Source of the DNA: Myxococcota bacterium
Lineage (GTDB): Bacteria > Myxococcota_A > UBA9160 > UBA4427
Direction of reading: 5' to 3'
Assembly (NCBI GenBank): GCA_030748735.1
Contig: JASMLK010000067.1
Location: forward strand, 161 to 64,160
Length of the DNA stretch: 64,000 bases
Positions 27,206 to 36,422 of this stretch are shown one piece after another; position 1 is the first letter of the stretch, and each line of letters begins with the position of its first letter. The translations under genes and the position numbers were made by a program. The notes under the pieces are model-generated. The model searched no databases, was not told where the DNA came from, and saw only the letters and a list, made by a program, of their open reading frames with translations.

Positions 27206-28707
27206 ACGATCTGAACGTCGATCGCGGCCGCCGTACTTCCCACGAAGGCCGCGAGGTCGACGGGCATGCCACCGCCCACGCAGAGCGCCGCCAGCGACAA
27301 GAAGGCGTCGCCTGCACCGATGCGATCCACCACCCGCGTCGAGAGTGCCGGAACCTGAACCGTCTGGCCGCTTGGGCGATCGCTCATCCAGACGCCAGCC
27401 GTCCCCATCGTGACCGCAACGTTCTTTGCCGAGACACGCTCGCCCACGGCTTCGGCCACCTCTTCCACCGGGCTCGACCGGTCGTGGGCGGCCAGGCGAA
27501 GTTCGGGTTCGTTGAGCGAGACCAGGTCGGCGCGCTCATAGCGATTGATGACGTGGAAGCCGCGGTTGCCACTGTTGATCTGGGTATTGACCGCGAGGAA
27601 GCGCGAATGCTCGCAGAGCGTTTCGACCATGGGTTCGGAGATGAAGCCGTTGCCGAAGTCGGGCACCACGACGACGTCGTACGCCGGAAGATGGGTGGCC
27701 AGCCACTGCCGGGCGCGGTCTCCCATCTCGGGGTCGTGATCGTCACCGTCGCGTAAGTAGATTTCGAACAGGCGATTGAAGTCCGAATCGACGAAGCGGC
27801 GCTTCACGAGTGTGGGCGACGACGTCGAGCGGAAGAAGACCGGTTCGACCGTCTTGCCGAGACGGCCACGGATGAACGCTTCACTCCCGTCGGCTTCGCC
27901 GATCCCCGTTGCCAGGGTGACGTTGTCGCAGAACTCGCCGAGGTGGTTCGCGACTGCGATCGCGCCCCCTGCGAACTGCTCGGCCGACTGAAACGAAACG
28001 GCCAGACCGCCGCCCTTGCCCGGACGACCGAGCGGCGTGGTGTAGTGGTACTCGTCGATGATCGCATCGCCCACGACGAGCACCTTGAGCCCTCGCAGCG
28101 AACGCAACCGCTCGATGATGTAGCGGTCGCTGTACTGCACCGCGAAACCGCGCAGGTAGTCCCGGACGTCTTCGGGGAAGACATCGAAGTGTTCGTTCAA
28201 CAAACTCGACGAGCTGAAGGTGATCTCTTCGGTGAAGTGGAGTCGCCCGCCCAGGGCCGCGACGGCTTCGTGTTCGGGCCTGGGGATCTCACCTTCGCCG
28301 GCACCGCCAAGGCCCTCGACGTAGACGTCCGGTTCGACGGCGCGGATGACATCGACGCCGCTCGTTCCTTCGTGGATCCCGACCCCGTTCACGCATTCGA
28401 GCGCCGACAACGCCTCGGCGCGCAATGCTTCGCCGAAGACGGGGCGACCCGGTCCCTTGTCGACGAACTCGTCGGCGATCACCGAAACCAACAATACGTC
28501 TGCTTCGCGACGCGCGCGCTGCAGGTGACGGATGTGACCCATGTGGAGGAGATCGAAGGTGCCATGACAGAGCGCAACAGTGCGGCCCGCGTCCCGCGCT
28601 CGTTCTGCGGCACGCGCGAGTTGCTCGACACCCGAGACCGTCGCGCCTTCCATCCCTTCGCTCCTCGACGAAAGCGCGCCGCTGCGAACAGCGACGCGCA
28701 ACTTCAT
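27142..28707 (-). CDS. bifunctional cytidylyl/adenylyltransferase (N-terminal) and PfkB sugar kinase (C-terminal), reverse domain order to HldE
   Basis: HxGH motif CHGTFDLLHMGHIRHL at the N-terminus. PfkB motifs VLVVGDAIIDEY and DRIGAGDAF at the C-terminus. Confidence 0.8.
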   Translation of the reverse strand: MKLRVAVRSGALSSRSEGMEGATVSGVEQLARAAERARDAGRTVALCHGTFDLLHMGHIRHLQRARREADVLLVSVIADEFVDKGPGRPVFGEALRAEALSALECVNGVGIHEGTSGVDVIRAVEPDVYVEGLGGAGEGEIPRPEHEAVAALGGRLHFTEEITFSSSSLLNEHFDVFPEDVRDYLRGFAVQYSDRYIIERLRSLRGLKVLVVGDAIIDEYHYTTPLGRPGKGGGLAVSFQSAEQFAGGAIAVANHLGEFCDNVTLATGIGEADGSEAFIRGRLGKTVEPVFFRSTSSPTLVKRRFVDSDFNRLFEIYLRDGDDHDPEMGDRARQWLATHLPAYDVVVVPDFGNGFISEPMVETLCEHSRFLAVNTQINSGNRGFHVINRYERADLVSLNEPELRLAAHDRSSPVEEVAEAVGERVSAKNVAVTMGTAGVWMSDRPSGQTVQVPALSTRVVDRIGAGDAFLSLAALCVGGGMPVDLAAFVGSTAAAIDVQIVCNREPVTSVGLSRYITTLLK

Positions 28708-28962
28708 CGCAGAACATCGGAAGATTCCGTTCAGGCTTGAGCAGCATCGCGGGCAACCCGGCGTGTTTCATGAGGGAATCACGAGCCCCGTCGACGGCGA
28801 CGCACACCTTTCGCGTGCGAGAACAGCGGATGCAATCGAGATCGACTGCCGAGTCCGTCCCAAGTGGATTATTGCGCTCGTTGCGCTCAAGTCGGCCCGT
28901 GTGTTGCCGAGTTCTGAAGCACCTCGAATCCCACCCGCGCTCGTTCTGGCGATCGGCACCCA

Positions 28963-30168
28963 TTGAAAGAGAGCGACCCGCAGCGCGAACCTCGCGACAT
29001 CGAACCCGCGATCCGCACCTGGTCATGCCATCTATGCGGCGAGGGTTCGGTCATGCCGGTCCCGGGGTTCTCGCAACTGAAACGCGTCACCTCGGACTGC
29101 AGACCGTGGCGAAGCGGCGGGGCACTCGGCGTTTGTCGCACGTGCGCCGCAGTGGTGAAGCGCATCGACAAGGCGTGGGAGCGCGAAGTCGAGGAGATCT
29201 ATTCCGGCTACGACATCTTCCACCAGGCCGAAGGGAACGAACAGCTCGTCTACTCAGGTGACGAGGGGGACGCGAGCTATCGCTCGGACCCGCTGGTCGA
29301 GCGCATTGGCGGGCTACTCCCTCTCCCCGAGCGAGGTCGTCTGCTCGACATCGGTTGCGGCAAGGGAGCGTTTCTCGGAGCCTGGGCGCGAAGACGCCCG
29401 GGATGGACACTCGAGGGACACGAAGTCGAAGCGGATACGCGCGCGGTCGTCGAAGCGATCCCGGGCGTTGCGCGGATGCACAGCGGACGACTCGAAGCCA
29501 TCGAGGGCGAGTTCGACCTCGTGTCGATGGTGCACGTACTCGAACACATCGCGAACCCGATCGAAACCCTTCACCAGGTGCGAGAACGCGTGACGGACGA
29601 GGGCTGGTTGTTCGTGGAGGTCCCGCACTTCGTCGAACGGGCCTTCGACCTGCTCGTCGCCGACCACTGCAGCCACCTCACCCCCGAATCTCTCGACCGG
29701 GTGGTGGCACGGGCAGGCTTCGAAGCAGTGTCGGTCAGCGATTCCTGGAATGCGAAAGAGGTCAGCGGCGTATTTCGTCCGGTACCGGAAGGAAAGCCCA
29801 GGACGCTGGAGGCAGGGGGCTTTCCCGACGCGTTCTTCTCGGTTGCGCGCGCGTTGGCCTGGCTCGAAGGCACGCTGTCGCTTGCCGACCGCATGCGCAG
29901 CCGCACGAGCTTCGGTGTGTTCGGTACCTCGATCGGTGCGACGTGGCTCGCGAGTTCGGTCGCGCGTCCGGTCGACTTCTTCGTGGACGAAGACCCGAAC
30001 CGCCAGGGACGACAGCATCTCGGCCGACCGGTCCTCGCGCCGAGCGAAGTGCGGGAAGACTCGACCGTCTTCATGTGCCTGCCCCACTCACAGGCGAGTC
30101 ATGTGAGTGAGCGGCTTACACCACCGAAGAACGCCTGGAAGCCCCTGCTACCACCGGCGCCGCTCTAG
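28963..30168 (+). CDS. class I SAM-dependent methyltransferase with N-terminal Cys4 zinc ribbon and C-terminal Rossmann-like module (sugar C-methyltransferase-like layout)
   Basis: CHLCGEG...CRTCAA, SAM motif LLDIGCGKGAF, and a C-terminal FGVFGTSIGATWL...FFVDEDPNRQGRQHLGRPV module. Confidence 0.8.
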   Translation: MKESDPQREPRDIEPAIRTWSCHLCGEGSVMPVPGFSQLKRVTSDCRPWRSGGALGVCRTCAAVVKRIDKAWEREVEEIYSGYDIFHQAEGNEQLVYSGDEGDASYRSDPLVERIGGLLPLPERGRLLDIGCGKGAFLGAWARRRPGWTLEGHEVEADTRAVVEAIPGVARMHSGRLEAIEGEFDLVSMVHVLEHIANPIETLHQVRERVTDEGWLFVEVPHFVERAFDLLVADHCSHLTPESLDRVVARAGFEAVSVSDSWNAKEVSGVFRPVPEGKPRTLEAGGFPDAFFSVARALAWLEGTLSLADRMRSRTSFGVFGTSIGATWLASSVARPVDFFVDEDPNRQGRQHLGRPVLAPSEVREDSTVFMCLPHSQASHVSERLTPPKNAWKPLLPPAPL

Positions 30169-31712
30169 CGTTCTATCGAGCCGAGCTTCGAGAGCTTTGC
30201 GCGGACGTGGCGCTGCAGATCTGCGGGTGTCGTGGGTGGGCGGATCAGACACTGAGCGCATTCGGCCGGCAGGTTGCGCCCGGTAAGAAGCTTCTTGCGA
30301 AGATCGCGGTAGGACTTCTGGTTCAACACCCGAGCGAGGCCCGTCTTGGCTGATAGCTGGCCCATCACCTCACCTCGCTGGCAGCACGAATAGACTTCGC
30401 CTTTCGGGTCGGTGTAGGTCTGGGTCCAGGGCGAGTCGCATAGACGCGTGAGCCCTTCGGCCAGGGTGTCGCCCGCCTGGTCGGCCATCGCGAAAGATCC
30501 CTGAATACCCTGACGCTTGACCCGCGCACCTTCGCTACCCCCACTGCGCCCCCGTGTGTGGAGATAGAGCTCACGCGCGTCGAGATAGCGCTCGACTCCA
30601 GCAGCCACGAGTCCCTTCTCGATCTCGTCGTAGGCGCTCGAACAGACGAGGATGACGTCGCGCTTCGAAGTCGAACGCGTGCCACGCTCGCGCATGTAGT
30701 CCTCGAAGGCGATCACCTGCGCCCCGTCCACTTCACCCCCTCGGCTACTGTCGAGAAAGGCCGCGAAGTCGAGGCCGTCGCGGGGCTGGATCTGCTGCGC
30801 GATGTAGCGGCCGGGTTCACCGCTGCCGTAGACGTAGATGCGATCTTCACTCGATAGATCGTCGATGCTCGCGAGGTAGTGCCCGTTGTCGAGCACGCGT
30901 GTTCGACCGGTGATGTCGACGACTCGGCGCATGATGCGACCGTGGTCCTGGATCTTGAGCGCAACACCGAGCGACTTCGCGAGCGCGAGCGCACGCTCGA
31001 TCTCTTCGGCCGCCTTCAGGAAGTCGGCTTCGGCGAGATCACAGACGTGAAGCGATTCTCCATTCGCACCATCGAAATAGCCCACCGAGTTGAAGTTCAC
31101 CTGCTTGATGCTGCAGCTCGCCGCCATCGCGACGAACTCACGCAGACCGAACACGACCTCACGAGTGAGGACACCGGTCCAGATCATTCGCGGTACTGGC
31201 CTCCCGGCCACGAGGGCCGCGGCCTGGATACGCTGGCAGTCGTAGACAATGGTGCGGACATCGACGCTCTTGCGCACGCGCCGCAGGGTCGCCTGGTCGA
31301 CCGAGTCGATGCTCACCTGGATCTCTTCGAAGCGAGAAAGGACGTCGAATTCGCGCTCGCTGAGAACACGCGAGAAGTTCGAAACGATGGTGAGCGCGAC
31401 CCCGCGATCCATCAGCCTTTCGCAGACGTCTTCCCAGCCTGCGACCATGGTGGTCTCGCCGTAGTAGCCGATGCTCGCGTGCTTTACGCCGTTGCGGTCG
31501 ATGTAGCCGAGGATTTCGTCGAGCTGCCAGTCGGCGGTCTCGGCGTGGAAGCCGTCTTCGTGCGAACCTTGCGGACAGTAGACGCAGCGCAGGTTGCAGC
31601 GGTTGGTGAAGTTGAACTCGATGCTCTCGACCGGGCCTTCGAGCCGGAGTAGCGGTTCGAGGGCGTCGCGTTTCGTCGGACGCGTCGGGAGGTCAAGGCT
31701 GGGTTGCGACAT
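30165..31712 (-). CDS. radical SAM protein with internal Rossmann-like module and Cys-rich (SPASM-like) C-terminus
   Basis: CNLRCVYC (CxxxCxxC), module RIYVYGSGEPGRY, and C-terminal CDSPW...SCCQRG...ECAQC. Start set at the MSQPSL ATG. Confidence 0.8.
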   Translation of the reverse strand: MSQPSLDLPTRPTKRDALEPLLRLEGPVESIEFNFTNRCNLRCVYCPQGSHEDGFHAETADWQLDEILGYIDRNGVKHASIGYYGETTMVAGWEDVCERLMDRGVALTIVSNFSRVLSEREFDVLSRFEEIQVSIDSVDQATLRRVRKSVDVRTIVYDCQRIQAAALVAGRPVPRMIWTGVLTREVVFGLREFVAMAASCSIKQVNFNSVGYFDGANGESLHVCDLAEADFLKAAEEIERALALAKSLGVALKIQDHGRIMRRVVDITGRTRVLDNGHYLASIDDLSSEDRIYVYGSGEPGRYIAQQIQPRDGLDFAAFLDSSRGGEVDGAQVIAFEDYMRERGTRSTSKRDVILVCSSAYDEIEKGLVAAGVERYLDARELYLHTRGRSGGSEGARVKRQGIQGSFAMADQAGDTLAEGLTRLCDSPWTQTYTDPKGEVYSCCQRGEVMGQLSAKTGLARVLNQKSYRDLRKKLLTGRNLPAECAQCLIRPPTTPADLQRHVRAKLSKLGSIER

Positions 31713-32793
31713 GCGGTCGGTCTCCGGTGCGGGTCGCTGCGGGCGGCTTCTCGAGCGCTCGGTAGTCGCGTTGTATGCATGCGAGCACACGGGCGCTTTC
31801 GCGCTCGCACTGCTGGAAGCGGGCTTCCGCGGCGCTGTCGAGTGGGCCTGCATGGAGGCGGATCGGGAGCTCCACGTATTCACGATGAAGGGCGTCGGTC
31901 GCTCGGCGCATCCAGGCCGCGATTCGCTTCGTTCCCGATTCGCGATTCGGGGTCACGAGGTGGGCGCGGCTCTCGAGTGTATTCGTCATCTCGCAGGCCG
32001 CAATCTCGTCGCTGTCACGTACGACGTGGATATCGCTTCGGTTTGCCACTGCGGCGGCGACGAAGCGGCCGTCGATCGTTTCGGGTATCGCGGTGTCCCA
32101 GTTCGTGGGACGAACCACGAGCGGATGCAGGTGGAAGGCGCGTACGAGCATCTCTTGCTTGCCTGCCCGCCAATAGAGTTGTGAGGGCCAACTCGACGTC
32201 CGGTCCTCCCGCCACAGGAGGTTTTCGCTGTAGGGGTGGAGGTTGTCGAGCATGCAGGCCATCAGATCGCGATGGCTGATCGAAAGCGACGCGTCGTCGC
32301 CCTGTTCGGTGTAGTTGGAAAGCTCGCCGAGGAAGGCCGACTTGCTCGCACGGGGCGAGGCCATCATGACCGCACGGGCGCCTTGTTTCACGATCTCGTG
32401 CATTCGCGCGAAGCTGCCATCGCTCCAGATGGCGTCGGGGGAGAGCACGACCAGGGCTTCGTCCCGCTCGCGCGCAATGCGGATGGCCCGCTGATGGCAG
32501 GCACTCAGCACTTCGTAGGGGCTGCTCGCGTTGGCGATCGACTCGGAGCCGATGTCGTGAAAGATGACGCGCGCGAAGGTCTCGAGGGTCGAGAATGCGG
32601 GCGTAGCGCGCAGCATGCTCTGCGATGCATGGGTGGCGTAGATGTGGAAGGTGACTTCCGCGTCTTCGGCGAGTGCAGGCAGATTGCCAGGTGACAGATT
32701 CGTGGGCAGCGTGACGTCTGCCATGAGTCGCGTGAAGGCACCGCCATAGACGACGCTCACGAAGCCGTATCGAATACGTCCTGCTTCTCGCAC
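31693..32793 (-). CDS. hypothetical protein (possibly glycosyltransferase-like)
   Basis: 366-aa ORF with high GC3 in operon context. No motif I can name. Confidence 0.6.
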   Translation of the reverse strand: MREAGRIRYGFVSVVYGGAFTRLMADVTLPTNLSPGNLPALAEDAEVTFHIYATHASQSMLRATPAFSTLETFARVIFHDIGSESIANASSPYEVLSACHQRAIRIARERDEALVVLSPDAIWSDGSFARMHEIVKQGARAVMMASPRASKSAFLGELSNYTEQGDDASLSISHRDLMACMLDNLHPYSENLLWREDRTSSWPSQLYWRAGKQEMLVRAFHLHPLVVRPTNWDTAIPETIDGRFVAAAVANRSDIHVVRDSDEIAACEMTNTLESRAHLVTPNRESGTKRIAAWMRRATDALHREYVELPIRLHAGPLDSAAEARFQQCERESARVLACIQRDYRALEKPPAATRTGDRPHVATQP

Positions 32794-33048
32794 GTGATCT
32801 CCGAATCGCGGGCAGTCTGCTCACACACACCCGCGTGCAACAGACATGCAGCAAGGCATCTCGAATCGGAAACACGCCGGAAGCGCTTTAGCGCTATTTG
32901 CGCAGCATTCCGCTCCTGCGGGACCTCGGCGCACGCGAAGAAACGAAGCTCGAATCGCGAGTTCCGTTCGATTGTGCTCATCTGTTGCTCAAGCCGCACC
33001 GCAACCTTCCGATCCTATGCGACAGCAGCCGTATAAGGGACGAGCCAG

Positions 33049-34749
33049 ATGGGTGTCGCAGCACGCTATTGGGATTTCTATGACCGCTATGTGGTCACCG
33101 TTCGCCGCGATCCCGAGTATCCCGTCAACCGCTACTACGCCCACCTTCTCGACCCCTTTCTCACCAAGTGGGCCCATGACTTCGGCCTTTCGCCGAATGC
33201 GGTGACGACACTCGGCTTGTTCGCCGGGTTGGGCTGCGCTGTGGCGCTGTTGAATGGATCTTTTCTCGCTGCAGCGGCCCTGCTGCAACTCCATCACCTG
33301 CTCGACGGCGCGGACGGGAACCTCGCGCGGCTAACGGACCGGTGTACCGAGAGCGGTGCTCGCTACGACCAGTGGAGCGATCGCACGACGCGCATTGCAG
33401 TCTTCGGCGCGCTCGCCTGGGCGGCTCCGGTTTCGAGCACCTGGGCGCTGGCCTTCCTCACCATTCTCGTTCTCGACCACATCGTGGTTCACGCGTTCAT
33501 TCTGCCCTTCATGTCGACCGTCAGCTTGAAGCGCGCGCGCTGGAAGGCGTGGTTTCTCGATCGTGGGCTGATCCCGGGCTTCGACCACTTCACCCTGTTC
33601 TTTCTCGTCAGCGCCTGCGCGGTGGTCGGGCGACTCGATCTCGCCATCTATTTTGGCACCAGTTTGAAGGCCCTCGATGTTGGCTACCGGCTGTGGGAGT
33701 GCTTGAAGTCGGCACCGCGATTCGAAGACCTCGAGGAAATCAATCGCACCGCGAAGCCCGTTGACTTCTGGACCGTCGACTTCGACTACTGGTTTTCGAC
33801 TCGCCTGGTATCGCTGGTTCGAAGCGGGCCCATCACCCCCGACCACCTCACCTACGCTTCGTTTTCGAGTGGCCTCCTGGGCGCAACCGTCCTGCTGCTG
33901 GGACCCGCTCAGTGGAGCACGCTGGTCGTCGCGGCGCTGCTGTTCCAGACGGCCTACATCCTCGATTGCGCGGACGGACAGCTCGCGCGGGTACGGGAAG
34001 AGTACTCGCGCCATGGCTGGCGTCTGGATCTCTACAGCGACCGCATCACCGAGACCGTGATTCTCTTGAGCACGACCGCGTACGTGGCGCGAGAGAACGC
34101 GGCGCTCTGGGGGCTGGGCTTCGCGACGCTCGGGGCCACGACATTGCTCCAGTACGCGCGCATTCACGAGTTGATGAATGCCGCGTCGTTCAACGCGCGT
34201 GTGCCCGAAGACTTCGACGCCACGGGCCACTCGCCGCAGTCCGCTCTGCGTGAGCCACTGGCGCGCTTCGAAGCGCGGCGACGAAAGTTCCGCCTTGGCT
34301 TCTTGAACGTGGGCAACTTCTACTGCTTGAACTTCCTGTGCTTCGTGGCCGGCGCACCAACGGCGTTCCTGGTGGCGCTTCTGGTGCTCGCTCTCGCAGC
34401 GACCGTCTATCTCGTCTGCCAGAGCACGGTTCGCCAAGACGAACTCTTGCGGGGCCTCGCACAGGTCGAGCAGGCGGGGCACAGCGCGGTGCTCTTCGGT
34501 GCCGGTAAGGGGGCGGCGCAGTTCATGACCAGTTTCCAGAACCGGGGAATCCAACTCGCCTGCGTGTGTGATAACAACAGCGCACGTTGGGGCGACCGCT
34601 TCTTCGGAGTCCCGATCGAAGACCCGAGCACGATCGCACGTGACGCTGGCGGGGTGACGGTGTTCATCGCATCCGAATGGGCGGGCGAGATCCGCTCGCA
34701 GCTCGTCGGCTACGGCATTCCCGACGAGCACATCACTTCGCTCTACTGA
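33049..34749 (+). CDS. tandem CDP-alcohol phosphatidyltransferase-domain membrane protein with C-terminal Rossmann-like module
   Basis: Two copies of the DG(x)2AR(x)n G(x)3D(x)3D signature (DGADGNLARL...GARYDQWSDR and DCADGQLARV...GWRLDLYSDR), many TM helices, and a C-terminal AVLFGAGKGAAQF module. Confidence 0.8.
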   Translation: MGVAARYWDFYDRYVVTVRRDPEYPVNRYYAHLLDPFLTKWAHDFGLSPNAVTTLGLFAGLGCAVALLNGSFLAAAALLQLHHLLDGADGNLARLTDRCTESGARYDQWSDRTTRIAVFGALAWAAPVSSTWALAFLTILVLDHIVVHAFILPFMSTVSLKRARWKAWFLDRGLIPGFDHFTLFFLVSACAVVGRLDLAIYFGTSLKALDVGYRLWECLKSAPRFEDLEEINRTAKPVDFWTVDFDYWFSTRLVSLVRSGPITPDHLTYASFSSGLLGATVLLLGPAQWSTLVVAALLFQTAYILDCADGQLARVREEYSRHGWRLDLYSDRITETVILLSTTAYVARENAALWGLGFATLGATTLLQYARIHELMNAASFNARVPEDFDATGHSPQSALREPLARFEARRRKFRLGFLNVGNFYCLNFLCFVAGAPTAFLVALLVLALAATVYLVCQSTVRQDELLRGLAQVEQAGHSAVLFGAGKGAAQFMTSFQNRGIQLACVCDNNSARWGDRFFGVPIEDPSTIARDAGGVTVFIASEWAGEIRSQLVGYGIPDEHITSLY

Positions 34750-34779
34750 AAGCGCCGTCGGTCGGGCTCACAGCCAGAG

Positions 34780-35871
34780 TCAAGAGATGGCAGCGTGGGG
34801 GGATGCGTCGCCAACACGCTTCTGCCTCGCCGAGAACGCGGAAACGAAGCGGTGGTATTCGCGCTCGAGTTCTTCGTTGCTCGAGATGTCGAGCACGGTG
34901 AAGCGGTCGCCCCGGATGCGGCGTGCTGCGTTCATCAACGACGCGAAGTCGTGGGTCGCCCCGACGAGGCGCATGAAGTCCACCTGCAAGCCCAGGGTGC
35001 GGACCAGCGACCACAACGAGCGATCGCCTCGGTCGTGGAGCCAGACCACGAACGGAGCGATCGAACCGACCAGCAGCCCGTGCGCGAAGCGCCCGGGGCG
35101 TGCGCGGTTGATCGCGTGGGCGATCAAGTGCTCCGCTCCACTACAGGGTCGACTGTCACCGCTGATGTACATCGCGAGGCCCGAAAGCACGATCGCGTCG
35201 ATGTAGCGCTCGAAGAAGATGTCGTCTCGCAGGTTCGGGGGTGCACCCAGAACGTTCTGCACGGCACTGCGAGACATGATCCTCGCAAGCGCGTTTGGCG
35301 TTGCGCGCCCGCGCTCGATCGCGAGATCCCAGTCCAGCACTGCTGCTCGGTTCGAGAGCACGTCTCCGATCCCACTCACCAGGGCGGCGTGGGGTGCGCG
35401 TTCGAGCACACCTCGATCGATCAGCGTTGCGAGCGGGGGAGTCGTGGAGTGGCTCGCCATCTGGTCGTCGTCGCCACGCAAGATGGCGATCGGCGAAGCG
35501 ATCCCGTCGTTCGAAATGATCGTCGGCACAGCGAGATAGGGCGCACCGAGTCTGCAGGCGTGGTACTTCGCGAGATCGAGAACGCACCCGCCCCCGACAC
35601 CGACCACAAGTACGTCACTGGCATCACCTTCGTTGCTTTCGGCCAGGCTGCGATGCTGGGCGAGTGTGTTGTCGATGTCGTCCAACACCTCGACACGACG
35701 CCCCCGCACACGGCTGGCCAGCACCAGCGCCACTTCTTTCGACCACGTCTGCCCCGTGATGACCCGCACCCGAGAAACCTCGAGCCCCAAACGCACGCAC
35801 ACCGCGTCGAAGTCGAGCGTATCGATGCAGACGGTTTCGAGGGCAAACGGGAAGCTCGTCGCTCGCATCAA
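34780..35871 (-). CDS. glycerol-1-phosphate dehydrogenase-like (AraM/EgsA, iron-ADH/DHQS superfamily) enzyme
   Basis: GVGGGCVLDLAK, PTIISNDGIASP, GIGDVLS, SGAEHLIAH and HGLLVG match the G1PDH motif pattern as I recall it. Confidence 0.6.
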   Translation of the reverse strand: MMRATSFPFALETVCIDTLDFDAVCVRLGLEVSRVRVITGQTWSKEVALVLASRVRGRRVEVLDDIDNTLAQHRSLAESNEGDASDVLVVGVGGGCVLDLAKYHACRLGAPYLAVPTIISNDGIASPIAILRGDDDQMASHSTTPPLATLIDRGVLERAPHAALVSGIGDVLSNRAAVLDWDLAIERGRATPNALARIMSRSAVQNVLGAPPNLRDDIFFERYIDAIVLSGLAMYISGDSRPCSGAEHLIAHAINRARPGRFAHGLLVGSIAPFVVWLHDRGDRSLWSLVRTLGLQVDFMRLVGATHDFASLMNAARRIRGDRFTVLDISSNEELEREYHRFVSAFSARQKRVGDASPHAAIS

Positions 35872-36416
35872 GGGACCTCGGAACGGATGCGGTCGAGGAT
35901 CGCGCTCGTGCTGACCCCCTCGGTATAGGGAAGGAAGCGCAGCTCGATCTCGTGGCGTTCGAGGAAGCGGGGCGTCACGCGGATCTGTTCCATGTAGGAA
36001 TCCGCGGCCCAGTCGTCGCCGTGAACCACGATGTCGACATCGTGCTCCAGCATGGCGCGACGGTTGTCGTAGTCACCGATCACGAAGGCGTGGTCGACGC
36101 AGCGAAGCGCGCTCACGATCGCGAGGCGGTCGTCCTCGTTGTGAATCGGCCGGCGCTTGTAGGACGACACCATGTCGTCGCCGTTGATCGCCACCACGAG
36201 CCGATCGCCACATGCGCGTGCACGCTCGAGGAAGGCGAGGTGACCGCGGTGAAAGAGGTCGAAGACGCCGATCACATAGACGGTCGTTTCGGCTGCTGGT
36301 CGTGCGCGTGTATCGCGCGCAGGCCGAGCCTCGGTTCGCCGCCCCGGCGTTCCGCTCGTTCCCGCTCGCCCCGCGTCCACGACGCCATCCATCGGCACAC
36401 CCGCTCGGTTCATCAT
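35868..36416 (-). CDS. TagD-like glycerol-phosphate cytidylyltransferase
   Basis: VIGVFDLFHRGHLAFLERA (HxGH) and a RCVDHAFV region. The N-terminal 40 or so aa are low-complexity, so the start is uncertain. Confidence 0.75.
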   Translation of the reverse strand: MMNRAGVPMDGVVDAGRAGTSGTPGRRTEARPARDTRARPAAETTVYVIGVFDLFHRGHLAFLERARACGDRLVVAINGDDMVSSYKRRPIHNEDDRLAIVSALRCVDHAFVIGDYDNRRAMLEHDVDIVVHGDDWAADSYMEQIRVTPRFLERHEIELRFLPYTEGVSTSAILDRIRSEVP

Positions 36417-36422
36417 TCGCCG

